The position numbers and the translations under genes are program-made. DNA of 64,000 bases. Origin: Eledone cirrhosa (Eukaryota). The stretch spans positions 18,724,001-18,788,000 of the forward strand of contig OZ024755.1 in NCBI GenBank assembly GCA_964016885.1. The letters run 5' to 3'. Below the pieces are notes generated by a model that was not told where the DNA came from, ran no database searches, and saw only the letters and a list, made by a program, of their open reading frames with translations. Positions within the stretch are counted from its first letter, which is position 1. Each line of letters starts with the position of its first letter. Positions 11,856-24,935 of the stretch are shown piece after piece.

Positions 11856-12029
11856 AACGAGTAGGACCCGACAGCTGAGCTCAAGCCGTTTCGACGGCTA
11901 ATTCTGGACTAAATTAGTCCAGAATTAGCCGTCAGGGTCCTACTCGTTCCTATTACCCACTCTCCTACCCTAAGTATTGAGTACTTTGGTGCGTTATGGT
12001 CCACCTGGTTCCTTACCACATTTCCTCAG

Positions 12030-12030
<1 letters not shown>
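11851..12030. repeat. Palindromic element in (TA)n (family D); also at 37879-38085 and, deleted, at 5421-5500
   Basis: ATAGGAACGAGTAGGACCC...GACGGCTAATTCTGGACTA/TAGTCCAGAATTAGCCG...GGGTCCTACTCGTTCCTAT plus a shared 70-bp tail. Confidence 0.75.
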
Positions 12031-12069
<39 letters not shown>

Positions 12070-12117
12070 ATAAAATAACAGGAGGCTGGACTGGTGTAAT
12101 TCCTTATAAGATTTATT

Positions 12118-12175
12118 ATACTATGATCATTTCAATGACCGGGTTCAGTACGAATCCGGTGACATCATCAGGTAT
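12118..12175 (-). ncRNA. Hammerhead ribozyme motif, family H3
   Basis: Minus strand ATAC-CTGATGA-TGTCACCGGATTC-GTACT-GAACCCGGTCATT-GAAA-TGATCA-TA-GTAT; palindromic stem III ATGATCAT, base of stem II imperfect. Confidence 0.55.
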
Positions 12176-12551
12176 TCGAAATATAACAAAGGAATATTAT
12201 AGACAACATCTATGGGGCTGAAAATCAGAGACATGAGGGCAACCACCGAACATTTAGCAGCTTCTACATATAAAAAGTCGGCAGTGCCAAGACCAGGGAG
12301 ACCATAAATCAGGGGAAAAGCATTTATATTATAAGATCGATACACCCTATGGTCGTGTGTAAACCATTTCAATGGCAAAATGGGAAATTAAATGAAATGG
12401 TGTATAAACTTCTACCATAACCATCTCATCGGGGTGGAGTTATGGTTTGATTGACAGGTAGAGTATAGGTATATTGGAGCAGTGAAAGAAAACTTTAATC
12501 ATTTGATATAGCAATAATTAGAGTTCTCTGTTGTTTAAATTTATAGTTGCT

Positions 12552-13495
12552 GTTGTTTAAACCCGGGTGGGTTCTGGACAAGCTGACCGTTATCCCAATC
12601 ATAGTTGCCTTTGTTGTTTAAACCCGGGTGGGTTCTGGACAAGCTGACCATTATCCCAATCATAGTTGCCTTTGTTGTTTAAACCCGGGTGGGTTCTGGA
12701 CAAGCTGACCATTATCCCAATCATAGTTGCCTTTGTTGTTTAAACCCGGGTGGGTTCTGGACAAGCTGACCATTATCCCAATCATAGTTGCCTTTGTTGT
12801 TTAAACCCGGGTGGGTTCTGGACAAGCTGACCATTATCCCAATCATAGTTGCCTTTGTTGTTTAAACCCGGGTGGGTTCTGGACAAGCTGACCATTATCC
12901 CAATCATAGTTGCCTTTGTTGTTTAAACCCGGGTGGGTTCTGGACAAGCTGACCATTATCCCAATCATAGTTGCCTTTGTTGTTTAAACCCGGGTGGGTT
13001 CTGGACAAGCTGACCATTATCCCAATCATAGTTGCCTTTGTTGTTTAAACCCGGGTGGGTTCTGGACAAGCTGACCATTATCCCAATCATAGTTGCCTTT
13101 GTTGTTTAAACCCGGGTGGGTTCTGGACAAGCTGACCATTATCCCAATCATAGTTGCCTTTGTTGTTTAAACCCGGGTGGGTTCTGGACAAGCTGACCAT
13201 TATCCCAATCATAGTTGCCTTTGTTGTTTAAACCCGGGTGGGTTCTGGACAAGCTGACCATTATCCCAATCATAGTTGCCTTTGTTGTTTAGACCCGGGT
13301 GGGTTCTGGACAAGCTGACCATTATCCCAATCATAGTTGCCTTTGTTGTTTAAACCCGGGTGGGTTCTGGACAAGCTGACCATTATCCCAATCATAGTTG
13401 CCTTTGTTGTTTAAACCCGGGTGGGTTCTGGACAAGCTGACCATTATCCCAGTCATAGTTGCCTTTGTTGTTTAGACCCGGGTGGGTTCTGGAGA
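12552..13495. repeat. 61-bp minisatellite, about 15.5 copies
   Basis: GTTGTTTAAACCCGGGTGGGTTCTGGACAAGCTGACCATTATCCCAATCATAGTTGCCTTT, near-identical units. Confidence 0.95.
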
Positions 13496-13670
13496 AGTTA
13501 TCCTTTGACCACAATCATTCAAACCATGACCATCCCATCTTATTTTCAGACATTGTGTCAAGAATTACATTAACTAATGTGTCTTTCATTTTTTAAGACA
13601 GTAGGATATGGTTTGAAGGTTATTTGACTGCCATTTGTAGCAGGTTGTACGACCATGTAGAAGGTCTCTT
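13495..13670. mobile_element. Old interspersed repeat family E; pieces also at about 7130, 14475, 23600-24050, 24470, 24805, 63695
   Basis: Recurrent GTTGTTTAG..CAGG...GACC.ATGA.CAAAG..TTCCAG..ATGACCATCCCATCT...GCTATTTCTAGCA motif. Confidence 0.55.
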
Positions 13671-15017
13671 GTTGATTCATGGAATTTCATAGTAGAAAAG
13701 TTCTGAGATATTTTCTTAATCTTAAATACTCTCTTCAGTTTTCACCAACATTTCTACACTATATACCAAAATGTAAACAATAATAATACCTGGCCAAGAA
13801 CAGAACAGAACAGAAATATTTAGCTAAATTTTTATCCTTTCAGTAAATTAGTTACGGAGATCCTTGTCTACTGTAGTAGAAACTCTATCTTGTGTTTTTC
13901 ACACAAGTGTATCCCATTAGTTCTAAGCTGTGGAATAGCAGACTTTTGGGCGATGTTTTAAAAAAAAGGAAAGTTAGTCAGTTTGAAGAAAGAAACATGT
14001 ACAAAAATAAATAGTTCTACTTGACATTCCAAAAATATCAGAAAACTTTGAGGATATTTCTTCTAAATTTCTCATTCCCTATCATGTCTGCCAAATTAGT
14101 TATCTTTCTTACAGTATTTTCCACCTATAAAATGCTGTCCGTCTGTGTGTCACCAAAATATCAAGGGCCTTTTATGGATCGGTACTTAGCCCCAGTTTTT
14201 CGGTGTGATGCAGATTGGGAGATAAATTTTTTCCCTCAATAATTACCAAGTCTATCACAGGTAATGGTCCCCTAGTATCTGCCAGCTACAGGTTTAATCC
14301 TCCTGACTCAAGAGCATATAGCCCATTACTTTATCCACTTGGGCATTTTGCTTACACTTATATTTACACATGAAACATTAGTGATGTAGTTATACCCAAT
14401 ATCCAAGACTATATTTGGAAAGTAACTTTATGACAACACTATAGGCGCATCTACATACCAAGCCCTTTTATGATTCATCAACTTGCTAGAAATAGTAGCC
14501 AAATCTCCCTTAAATCACACCCCACTGCCTTAAAAAAGGGAAGGACTCATTAGACAATATAGTCCCTAATATACAAAAAGACAAGATATTTATGTCTGGA
14601 ATAATTTTGATCATATGTCTGCCCAATTAAAGTTGACCAAGGGCTAAACCAGACAAAGGCAACCTTTTTGAAATTAGGCACACCATTCAGAAAGCTAAAT
14701 AGGTTGCATGTGGCTCTCATTTTGCCCATGATGAGGATAAACAACCACACCCACAGAAGGCTTTCTCCTGCTCAATAAAATTATAATACCATAGCACGAT
14801 TTTACTTAATCCTTTTAATGGAATCCAATACAATGAAAGCCTACTACAACAATAAGATCTCTCATCACCTGATCTCTTTGGAATTATTAATTATTATTTC
14901 TGGACTACATGGAGTTCTAACAGTTTTATTGGCCCTATCATAGACAGATAAATACCAATGTAATTTATCTATCTATCTATCTATAGAACTCCATGTAGTC
15001 CAGAAGTAATAATTAAT

Positions 15018-15201
15018 ATAATTGTTTCTACTTTAGGCACAAGGCCAGCAATTACCCAGTGCATTACTGGTACTTTATTTTATCGACCCCCGTAAGGATT
15101 AAAGGCAAAGTCAACCTCGGCGGGATTTGAACTCAGATCGTAAAGGGACGTAACTATGCTGGAAAGCATGGCGTCCGACACTCTACCGATACTGCCAATC
15201 C
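15018..15201 (-). mobile_element. SINE A
   Basis: Consensus match; ATAATTAATATAAT at both flanks. Confidence 0.8.
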
Positions 15202-16064
15202 ATAATTAATATAATCCCAAAGAGATCAGGGGATGAGAGTTCTTGTTTTTGTAGTAGGCTTTTATCATATTGGATTCTGCTGAATCAAAACTATTTGACC
15301 AGTATTACAAAAGTAGCAATCAGTGAATCTAATCAAAGAAGCAATACCTCTTTCCATTGCTGATACTATCTACTATCTACTGGTTGCAATTCCTAAGAGA
15401 AAGCTGATGATTGGAGCTTTCTCAGACTACTACGAAGTTTTCCAGGTAAAACATGTACATTAGTGTATAATATTAGCTATACAAAAGACAAAGCTCTTTC
15501 ATAAATGCTTGACCTGTTCAGATCTTTAACTAAAATAGATCAGATTAGATGAGAAGTTGTCCTCTATATGTGATTATCATATACAGTCTTGAATTAGATC
15601 TGTCAACAGATTTGAATATTTAGTTGAGTTGTAGGAGGAAATAATTTCACAAATTGCTAGACTCTTTCTCTGCTAACTGCTCAACCATGGAGAAAGTGTT
15701 CAGTCAGTTTTCTACTTTGGGAGACCATATCAAATAAAGAGACTAATAATTCTTTCTAACATTGTCACAAGACCAGTAATTTGGGAGAAGAGGAAAGTCA
15801 ATTATATCAACGCCAGTACTTAACTGGTACTTTATTTTATCAACCCCAGAAGGATGAAAAGCAAAGTTAACCATATTTCTATAGAAAGATATTGCCAATG
15901 TGTTTCAATTAATTTTTTAAATAATCACAGATATAAAGGAGTTTTGTATAATTACCAACTTTCTCATTACTAATTTTATGCTTAGAACATTACTTGATAA
16001 AAATTCAAAAATAAAATATTGATGGGAGGCTTTAATATAAGTTTTAACCCTTTAAAATGGGCAG

Positions 16065-16600
16065 TTTTATATTATAGAACCAGAGTAGTTTTATATAATA
16101 GAACAAGGGTAGTTTTATATAATAAAACAAGGGTAGTTTTATATAATAAAACAAGGGTAGTTTTATATAATAAAACCAGGAACAGTTATATATTATAGAA
16201 CCAGAGTAGTTTTATATAATAGAACCAGGAACAGTGAGATATTATAGAACCAGAGTAGTTTTATATAATAAAACCAGAAACAGTTATATATTATAGAACC
16301 AGAGTAGTTTTATATAATAGAACCAGGAACAGTGAGATATTATAGAACCAGAGTAGTTTTGTATAATAAAACCAGGAACAGTTATATATTATAGAACCAG
16401 AGTAGTTTTATATAATAAAACCAGGAACAGTTATATATTATAGAACCAGAGTAGTTTTATATAATAAAACCAGGAACAGTGAGATATTATAGAACCAGAG
16501 TAGTTTTATATAATAGAACCAGGAACAGTGAGATATTATAGAACCAGAGTAGTTTTATATAATAAAACCAGGAACAGTGAGATATTATAGAACCAGAGCT
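16065..16600. repeat. 24/25-bp subunits forming a 49-bp minisatellite
   Basis: TTATAGAACCAGAGTAGTTTTATATAATAAAACCAGGAACAG repeats. Confidence 0.9.
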
Positions 16601-17062
16601 GTTTCAAGCAAGTTGGTATCAAAAGGGTTAAATTTCTCTTCTAATTTATAAACAGTAATTTTACCATATTTCTAATAAAAAATACTGCCTGTTATTTTTG
16701 AATAATTTCGAAAATAATCAAGAATTTGGAGGGATTTCTTATTATAAAGCTGGTGTTTGGAATATAATATAACAACGGTTTTTACATAAAATTATGATGG
16801 AATGGTCTTTAGAAAGATATAAACATTTAAAAATAAATGGTATTGTATCATAAGAGTGAAAGATAAATAGTGATTGAAACATATGAACCTAAACAGTAGA
16901 TTCAATAAAGTTTCTATTTTTAGCTATGATCATATGTTCCTCAAACAATATCTCCATAAACCATTGCAGTTTATTGAAAATAATAATTTATTATATTCAG
17001 CATACTTAATCATTTTCTGGCAATAATTATTTTTATTAATATTGAAAATGATTTGGCTGTCA

Positions 17063-17447
17063 GGGTCGGACGCCATGCTTTGCAGCAAAGAGTTACGGCC
17101 CTTTATGATCTGAGTTCAAATCCCGCCGAGGTTAACTTTGCCTTTCATCCTTACGGGGTCGATAAAATAAAGTACCAGTAATACACTGGGCAATTGCTGG
17201 CCTTGTGCCAAAAGTAGAAACAATTATTAAAGCAGCAGTATCGGTAGAGAGTCGGACACCATGCTTTGCAGCATAGAGTTATGGTCCTTTACAGTCTAGG
17301 TTCAAATCCCACCGAGTTTAGCTTTGCCTTTCATCCTTGCGGGGTCGATAAAATAAAGTACCAGTCACGCACTGGGGGATCGATTTAATCGACTTTCCCC
17401 CCTTCCCTCAAATACTGGACTTGTGCCTATACTAGAAATCATTATTA
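17063..17447 (+). mobile_element. SINE A, two tandem copies (short and long variant)
   Basis: Second copy carries the extra GATCGATTTAATCGACTTTCCCCC segment. Confidence 0.8.
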
Positions 17448-18596
17448 AAGCTGGCATATAGAACCTACTCAGTGGTCTAAAATAATCGTCCCCCAATCCC
17501 CCACTTATTAATTTTTCAGACCCCCGCCCCTATTAAATTTTGCTAATCTATCTCCAGTGAAATTTTATTTCAAGTGGTAGCATTCCAGCGACAGTTAATT
17601 TTCTTTAGACATTAAAAAACATTATACATGATAAATAAAGATATATAGCTATAATCTCCTATGATAGCATCATCTTTAAAACTTATTCAACATACATTGA
17701 TCAAAATGATCAACAAGATCCCAGACCTCATTCATTTACTGGGGTGGAAATCATCAAATCAGACCAAGGAAACATTTTTTTTCCATTGGTCTTTCCATTG
17801 TTGATACTATCTACCGGTTGCAGCTCCTAGTAGAAAGAGCAATGTGAAATAAAGTGTCTTGCTCAAGAACATAACATTTCCCAGTCCGGGAATCGAATTC
17901 ACAACCTCACAATTGTGAATCCAATTCTCTAACCACTAAGCCACCCACCTTCAACATACAACAATGCCTATTATACATTGAGACCTAAACAACCATTTTT
18001 ACTACTTCTCTATCTGCAACTAAAATGAACCTACCTATTTTATTATATAACAATATTAAATGGCAGCAACTGATTTTTTTTGTTCGATACTGGTCTTTCC
18101 TACTCAAAAAATCAATAACAAAATAATCACCAAAATATCAGTGATTTATGGTGATAGAGACAATTTACAAAAAGAGATTCCTTGTTTAATAACCCTCACC
18201 ACCACCACTTAACACAGACACCTTTCAAACCTTACTATCTTTTTTACTCTGTCCTTAGTAACAAAAAGAGATTCCTCATTTAGTAATTCCACCCACAACA
18301 CAGACTTCAAACCTAACTATCTTTTTTTTCGTCTGTCCTTAGTAACAGACAGAGTTGAGATTTGTGGTTAGTTGCCAAAATAGACAAATATTGACCTGTT
18401 GCCTTGCTTCACAATTAATTGTACCCAGCCAACCATAAAAGAATTCAGTTCTCCTCTTCCTTCTATAGTTCAATAGGGAATCATAAATAACTGGCAATCA
18501 AACTATCAACTACTAAATGCTAGAAGTGACTTTCACTAATTGTTCATATTAATTGGTTTTACATGGATAAATATATATATATTTTTTTTATATATA

Positions 18597-19190
18597 ATAA
18601 TTGTTTCTACTTTAGGCACAAGGCCAGCGAATGCCCCAGTGCATTACTGGTGCTTTATTTTATCGACCCCATAAGGGTGAAAGGTAAAACTAACCTCGGC
18701 AGGATTTGAACTCAGAATATAAAGGGCCATAACTCTATGCTGCAAAGCATGGTGTCTGATGCTCTACTGATACTGCCAATCCACTGCTATGTTTTTAAAT
18801 ATATAATAATGGTTTCTACTTTTGGCACAAGGCCAGCAATTATCCCAGTGCATTACTGGTACTTTATTTTATCGACTCCGTAAGGATGAAAGGCAAAGTT
18901 AACCTCGGCGGGATTTGAACTCAGATCGTAAAGGGACGTAACTATGCTGGAAAGCATGTCCGACCCTCCACCGATACTGCCAAATGGTTTCTAATTTAGG
19001 CAAAAGGCCAACAATTTTAGGGAAGGGGTAAGTCTATTAAATCAACCCCAGTGAATTACTGGTATCTCATTTTATCAACCCAGTAAGGATGAAAGGCAAA
19101 GCTAAGCTCGGCAGGATTTGAACTCAGAACGTAAAGGGTCGTAACTCTATGCTGCGAAGCACGGTGTCCGACGCTCTACTGATACTGCCA
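18597..19190 (-). mobile_element. SINE A, three tandem copies
   Basis: Consensus matches at about 18597-18786, 18806-18983 and 18984-19190. Confidence 0.8.
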
Positions 19191-19573
19191 AATAATAACA
19201 ATAATAATCTGGAAAAACTATTATGACTGATTGAGCATCCAACCTCCAGGAAAACCCATCTATCTAACCTGAAAGAAACACAATAATAGATTAACCTATT
19301 TCCAGCTAAGCATTACAAATAGAATGAAAGCTTTCATGTGGTATAAACCGAACATGAACAATAAAGAGTTAGGATATCTTTAATTAAGCCAAACAAGATT
19401 AGTTGTAGTAAATTTTTAGAAATGACCCAATGAGAATGAGGAACACTTTTATATTACAGAAAAGATCACAGAAATTAATTATCAGTGGCTATAGTTGAAC
19501 ACAAAACTATAAAAGATGCAGGTTTTAAATTAAGTTATTTCAGGACAATATCTATTCTAAAGTGGGTAAAATT

Positions 19574-19731
19574 CCCGAGATCCATGGACGAGTTCTCTCC
19601 AGCGGTCTCTGTCTCTCATTATCGCTGCCATGTCCTGCGTCTCCAACAGACCAGTGTCTGTCCTTATGGCATCAACATACGTTAACCTTGGTCTTCCTCT
19701 TCTAGTGTGTCCATGTAGGGGCTCCCAAAGG
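19574..19731 (-). mobile_element. RTE/RTE-X-like LINE ORF C-terminal fragment
   Basis: Minus-strand LWEPLHGHTRRGRPRLTYVDAIRTDTGLLETQDMAAIMRDRDRWRELV. Confidence 0.75.
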
Positions 19732-19924
19732 ATGGTGGATGGGTGCTACACGAGAGTTGACATTGCACTCAGGACAATATACAGAATGTTAATTAATCAG
19801 GCTAAAAGAGATAAAAAAAAATGCTTATCCACAAAGTAAGAAACTTATTGAATATGGAACCATGTTACTTCACTTAATTTAGGCCACTAATTTTAATGCA
19901 GTTTGGTACCATGTACATATTTAA

Positions 19925-20143
19925 CCCTTTAGCATTTACATTACTCTATATATACTATTGTATTTTCATGGGAAAGAATTTATCTCACAAATATCTCACA
20001 CAATATCAAATTTACGAGATTTTTATATTATTTATTTTGAGAACAATACCTTAACATAAATATGAGCGGCTGTTTACAGCTGGTTTGAACAGAAAGAGGT
20101 GAGAGATTTCTGGCCGGATACGGCTAGTTTAAATGCTAAAGGA
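19925..20143. mobile_element. MITE family C (reverse orientation)
   Basis: TTAA on both sides, TIR CCCTTTAGCATTTA. Confidence 0.75.
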
Positions 20144-20508
20144 TTAAGAAGACATCTGATATTAGTGTGGAAAATGTACGTTAAATGATGATGATGATAT
20201 ATACATACATATACATACATATACATACATACACATATATATATAATCTATGTCTGGTAGGCAATTTTCCCATGAGAAGAGTTGAAATCCAATGAAATAG
20301 ATGCCAATTTTAGAGTATTGATATGACTTAAAGCTGTGAAATAAATACAAGTCTGCAGTAATTTCTAACTGCTAGTTTTTGGTTGGCTAAGAATCCTGGT
20401 CATAAACATCTTATAAGATGAGATCTATTGATCTGTCGGGCTTCTTTGGTTCTCCAGACAAGAAGAAAGATTAAAGTCAATGAAATTCAGAATTGATTGT
20501 TTTCCTCT

Positions 20509-21060
20509 TTGACCCTTTCATTATTATATTTCTAATGATAAATTTGTCCTTGACCCTTTCATTATCATATTTCTAATGATAAATTTGTCTTTGACTCTTT
20601 CATTATCATATTTCTAATGATAAATTTGTCTTTGACCCTTTCATTATCATATTTCTAATGATAAATTTGTCTTTGACCCTCTCATTATCATATTTCTAAT
20701 GATAAATTTGTCTTTGACCCTTTCATTATCATATTTCTAATGATAAATTTGTCTTTGACCCTTTCATTATCATATTTCTAATGATAAATTTGTCTTTGAC
20801 CCTTTCATTATTATATTTCTAATGATAAATTTATCTTTGACCCTTTCATTATCATATTTCTAATGATAAATTTGTCTTTGACCCTTTCATTATCATATTT
20901 CTAATGATAAATTTGTCCTTGACCCTTTCATTATCATATTTCTAATGATAAATTTGTCTTTGACCCTTTCATTATCATATTTCTAATGATAAATTTGTCC
21001 TTGACCCTTTCATTATCATATTTGTAATGATAAATTTGTCTTTGACTCTTTCATTATCAT
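20509..21060. repeat. 41-bp minisatellite, about 13.5 copies
   Basis: TTGACCCTTTCATTATCATATTTCTAATGATAAATTTGTCT. Confidence 0.95.
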
Positions 21061-21503
21061 GCGTTGTTAATGTGAAACGTGTGGAAAGCTTTGATTTAGA
21101 AGCTCCTTTCATCGGCTTGTGAGAATAGAGAGAATGAAAAAGATGAACATCTCTTCAATTTATCTTTCCAGATGTTTCCTATGTGCTTCATTCAATCAAT
21201 TCTGACACTAATCAAGAATTTGGAAGAATTTATTAAAACAGCTTTCTCATTAAGTTGGTATTTGGAACATAACAAAATGTTCTTCTTATAATGAAAGGTG
21301 TAGATGGTGTAAATTTAAATATGCACTCATGATCTGATATCAAAAGAGTTAAACATGACAACACTATTTCTATAAATAATAGCTAAGTTAATGTTAACAA
21401 TATTGTAATGTAAAAACAATATTAGTCAATGGTTAATATTTTATTTCAGTAAGTATGTGAGACAACTCTAGACATGTTTCAGTTCATATTATTACCTCAT
21501 TAG

Positions 21504-21695
21504 GGCGGTGGATTGGCAGTATCGGTAGAGGGTCGGACGCCATGGTTTGACGCATAGAGTTACAGTCCTTGCCATTCTGAGTTCAAATCCCGCCGAGGTC
21601 AACTTTGCCTTTCATCCTTACGGGGTCGATAAAATAAAGTACCAGTAATGCACTGGGTATTTGCTGGCCTTGTGCCAAAAGTAGAAACAATTATT
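21504..21695 (+). mobile_element. SINE A with about 16-bp TSD
   Basis: ATTATTACCTCATTAG (21488-21503) and ATTATTATCTCATTAG (21690-21705). Confidence 0.8.
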
Positions 21696-21940
21696 ATCTC
21701 ATTAGCAAAGCACAAATTTCTGATGAGGTCATATATAAGATCTAGATATGTCCAGAATTTTCTATTATTAATATTATATTTTATAATAACGGATTTTATA
21801 GCATTTTAAGTGGGTCCGTCGAGCTGCGAGTTATTGAGTCGGTAGGATCAATATAGATCGAACCTTGAGCTGATCAGTGGCGAAACGCGCGTCACCTATC
21901 AATAAATGCAATGAAGGAATAATCAATCATCCTTTTTATC

Positions 21941-21982
<42 letters not shown>

Positions 21983-22052
21983 CAACTAGAAATTGATTGA
22001 CTTATATATATATCTAAAATAAACATATGAAACAATCACAGGGAATAATTTT

Positions 22053-22220
<168 letters not shown>

Positions 22221-22500
22221 GCACATGTAAAATGAGGTGTGGATTTGAACACAAAAACAAGCGAACATACAAACAGTGATGAGTCATTTATGCTTAAGTT
22301 TGAACTTTGTTTCAACTTCAGCTCCTTTTTTTTCTGATGTGTGTAAAGAGATGTCTAATAAGATGGTAGACTAATAACCCAAGATCAGGCAGATATTTGT
22401 ACCCTTAAGAAACCTCTGTCATTATTATCTGTCTCAGTGAAGATAGCTGATTAAATAGATACAAGAATATATTTAAGATATTTCCTGTTCCTGCTAAGAT

Positions 22501-22544
<44 letters not shown>

Positions 22545-22867
22545 GAGAGAAAGAGAGAGAGACTGAGAGAGGAAGTAAAGAAAGAGTATCAGAGTATATC
22601 AGAATAAAGTAAATGTCACAGCCTTTCACAGTTCAACACAAACTCTAACAATTTACTGAAAATCTACAACTATGTCTTTGCAATTAATTCTGTAAATCTT
22701 TCAATTGCTCTCTAGTCTGATGATGATGATATGATGATGTGCCATTCACAGGACAGAAGTCATGTGTGATTGTGAAATACAAAAAAAAAAAAATGGATAT
22801 AATGTATATCTGGACAAGATGAAAATAAGAAAAAGAGCTAAAAATAAAATACATCAAAGGAGTCTCT

Positions 22868-23296
22868 AGAGGGTCACATACTACAAGTGTTGGACTTACC
22901 TATAAACTAAAAATAAGCTATAACTTAGGGCCACACTTCCTCAGGAGCGCCCTCAGTGTAACCACTGCTTGACCTACCTATAAGCTAAATAAGCTACAGC
23001 TTAGAGTTACACACCCTTGGGGACCTCAGTGTAGCCACTGCTTGACCTAAAACTATGCTACAGTGTAGGGTCACATGCCCTTGAGGGCCCTAGTATAGCC
23101 CAGTGCTTTACTTATCTATAAGCTAAATAAGCTACAGTGTAGGGTCACACACCCTTGAGGGCCCCAGTATAGTCCAGTGCTGGACTTATCTATAAGCTAA
23201 ATAAGCTACAGTGTAGGGTCACATGCCCTTGAGGGCCCCAGTATAGCCCAGTGCTGGACTTATCTATAAGCTAAATAAGCTACAGTGTAGGGTCAC
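22868..23296. repeat. About 74-bp diverged minisatellite, 5-6 copies
   Basis: CTATAAGCTAAATAAGCTACAGTGTAGGGTCACA..CCTTGAGGGCCCCAGTATAG. Confidence 0.85.
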
Positions 23297-23649
23297 CATG
23301 ACATTTCTAATATATTAATATATGTAAAACATTTGTAATATAACAATGGTCCTGAAAATAATATGAATATAGAAAGGAAATTAGTTCAACATTGGAACAG
23401 ACACTAAGAGAATATACTTTCTATTTTCTACATATAGGTGGATATATGAGGGGGGGACTAGTTTTTAATATAACAATCTATTAGGAAAATATATTTTCTA
23501 AATTTGTACGACAATACTAGTGATTACATGACTGAAGCAAAAATAGAAATTTCTCTAAATACGTTTTGAACGATATGAGCAAGAGTTTTATTCAATTTAT
23601 TGTTGTTGTTTAGCCTTAAATCATTAATCCTGATTGAGAAGACCTTTAA

Positions 23650-23870
23650 CCCTTTAGCATTCACATTACTCTATATTTACTATTGTATTTTTACAGAAAA
23701 GGTTTTATCTTACATAATTATCTCACATAATAACGAATCTATGAGATTTTGATGTCATATATTTTGAGAACATTACCTTAACATAAGTATGAACAACCAG
23801 TTATGGCCAATTTGAACAGAAATTGGTGAGAAAATTCTGGCCAGATATGGCCAGTTTAAATGCTAAAGGG
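23650..23870. mobile_element. MITE family C nested in a family E repeat
   Basis: TTAA TSD; family E sequence resumes on the other side (GACCT|TCAAAGGTATTCCAG). Confidence 0.8.
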
Positions 23871-24276
23871 TTAATCAAAGGTATTCCAGCTATGACCATC
23901 CCATCTTTATTTCTTTTTCAAGATATCAAGATCCCTACTATCTGATATGTCCATTAAAAAAATAAGAGAGGAGCATGTGGTTTGAGGAAGATTTTTCAGC
24001 TATTTTCTAGTAAGTTAGATGTCTACATAGAGGTGCTATTGTTGGCTTCAGTTATTTGGATATGCAAAATTGGTTTCTAAAGGGTCAAGAGATTTCTATA
24101 TGTTCATGTGATGTTGTTTTTTGATTGAATGAAATAAGTCATAGGTAAATACTTAAGATAAGCCACAAGTAAATACTGATCAGGCTGACCGTTCATTATG
24201 TTCTGTTGTTAAGCCACTGGTAAATAATCAAGCTGACTTAAGGTCAGTCAAGATATTTCAAATATTTACTATCCCA

Positions 24277-24469
24277 TGGCGGTGGATTGGCAGTATTGGC
24301 AGAGGATCGGAGACCATGCTTTGCAGCATAGAGTTGTGGCCCTTTATGTTCAGAGTTCAAATCCCGCTGAGTTTAACTTTGTTTTTCATCCTTACAGGAT
24401 CGATAAAATAAAGTACCAGTAATGTACTGGGGTAATTGCTGGCCTTGTGCCAAAAGTAGAAACAATTAT
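24277..24469 (+). mobile_element. SINE A; further dispersed copies at 15745-15875, 25945-26130, 29885-30088, 34936-35128 (all -), 46455-46750 (inverted pair), 63138-63270 (+)
   Basis: Consensus matches. Confidence 0.75.
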
Positions 24470-24935
24470 TCTATATCAAGAACTACATTAGTCAGTATAT
24501 CATCCATCTTTATTTAAGATGGTAGGGTGTTATTTGAGGGAATTGGACTGCTATTTTTAGCAAGTCAAGCTTCAACAAAGAAACTCCCTTAGTGTGTATC
24601 ACGTATAATGTATCACGTATAATGTACATGTGATATATACAATATAGAAGGAGATCCTAACACTGACATCTAAATACCAGAGCAAAATATATAAAATTAC
24701 TGATGAAATTTTATTTCATATGGACAAGGAAATAGTGATATGACAGCTGTCATAGAATGATGACAGTTGAAGAATGACATGATGCAGGTCTGAGAGAGTA
24801 TAATTAGGACCAAAGACATTCAAGCCATGACCATCACATCTATTTTCCAGACATTGTATCTTTGACTATATTATCAAATATGTTCTTCATTTTTTTCTTC
24901 TTCAAGCTGAAACAGAGTTGGATTCTAATTCTGGC

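Noticed and set aside
12552-13495. CRISPR-like appearance of the tandem arrays (also 24936, 29311, 32245, 57190)
   Set aside because: Units are contiguous with no unique spacers, no cas genes are present, and the context is eukaryotic
21866-21900. CTGATCA-GTGGC-GAAA-CGCGCG-TC hammerhead-like string
   Set aside because: Core mismatch and no adjacent stem I pairing; at most a decayed remnant
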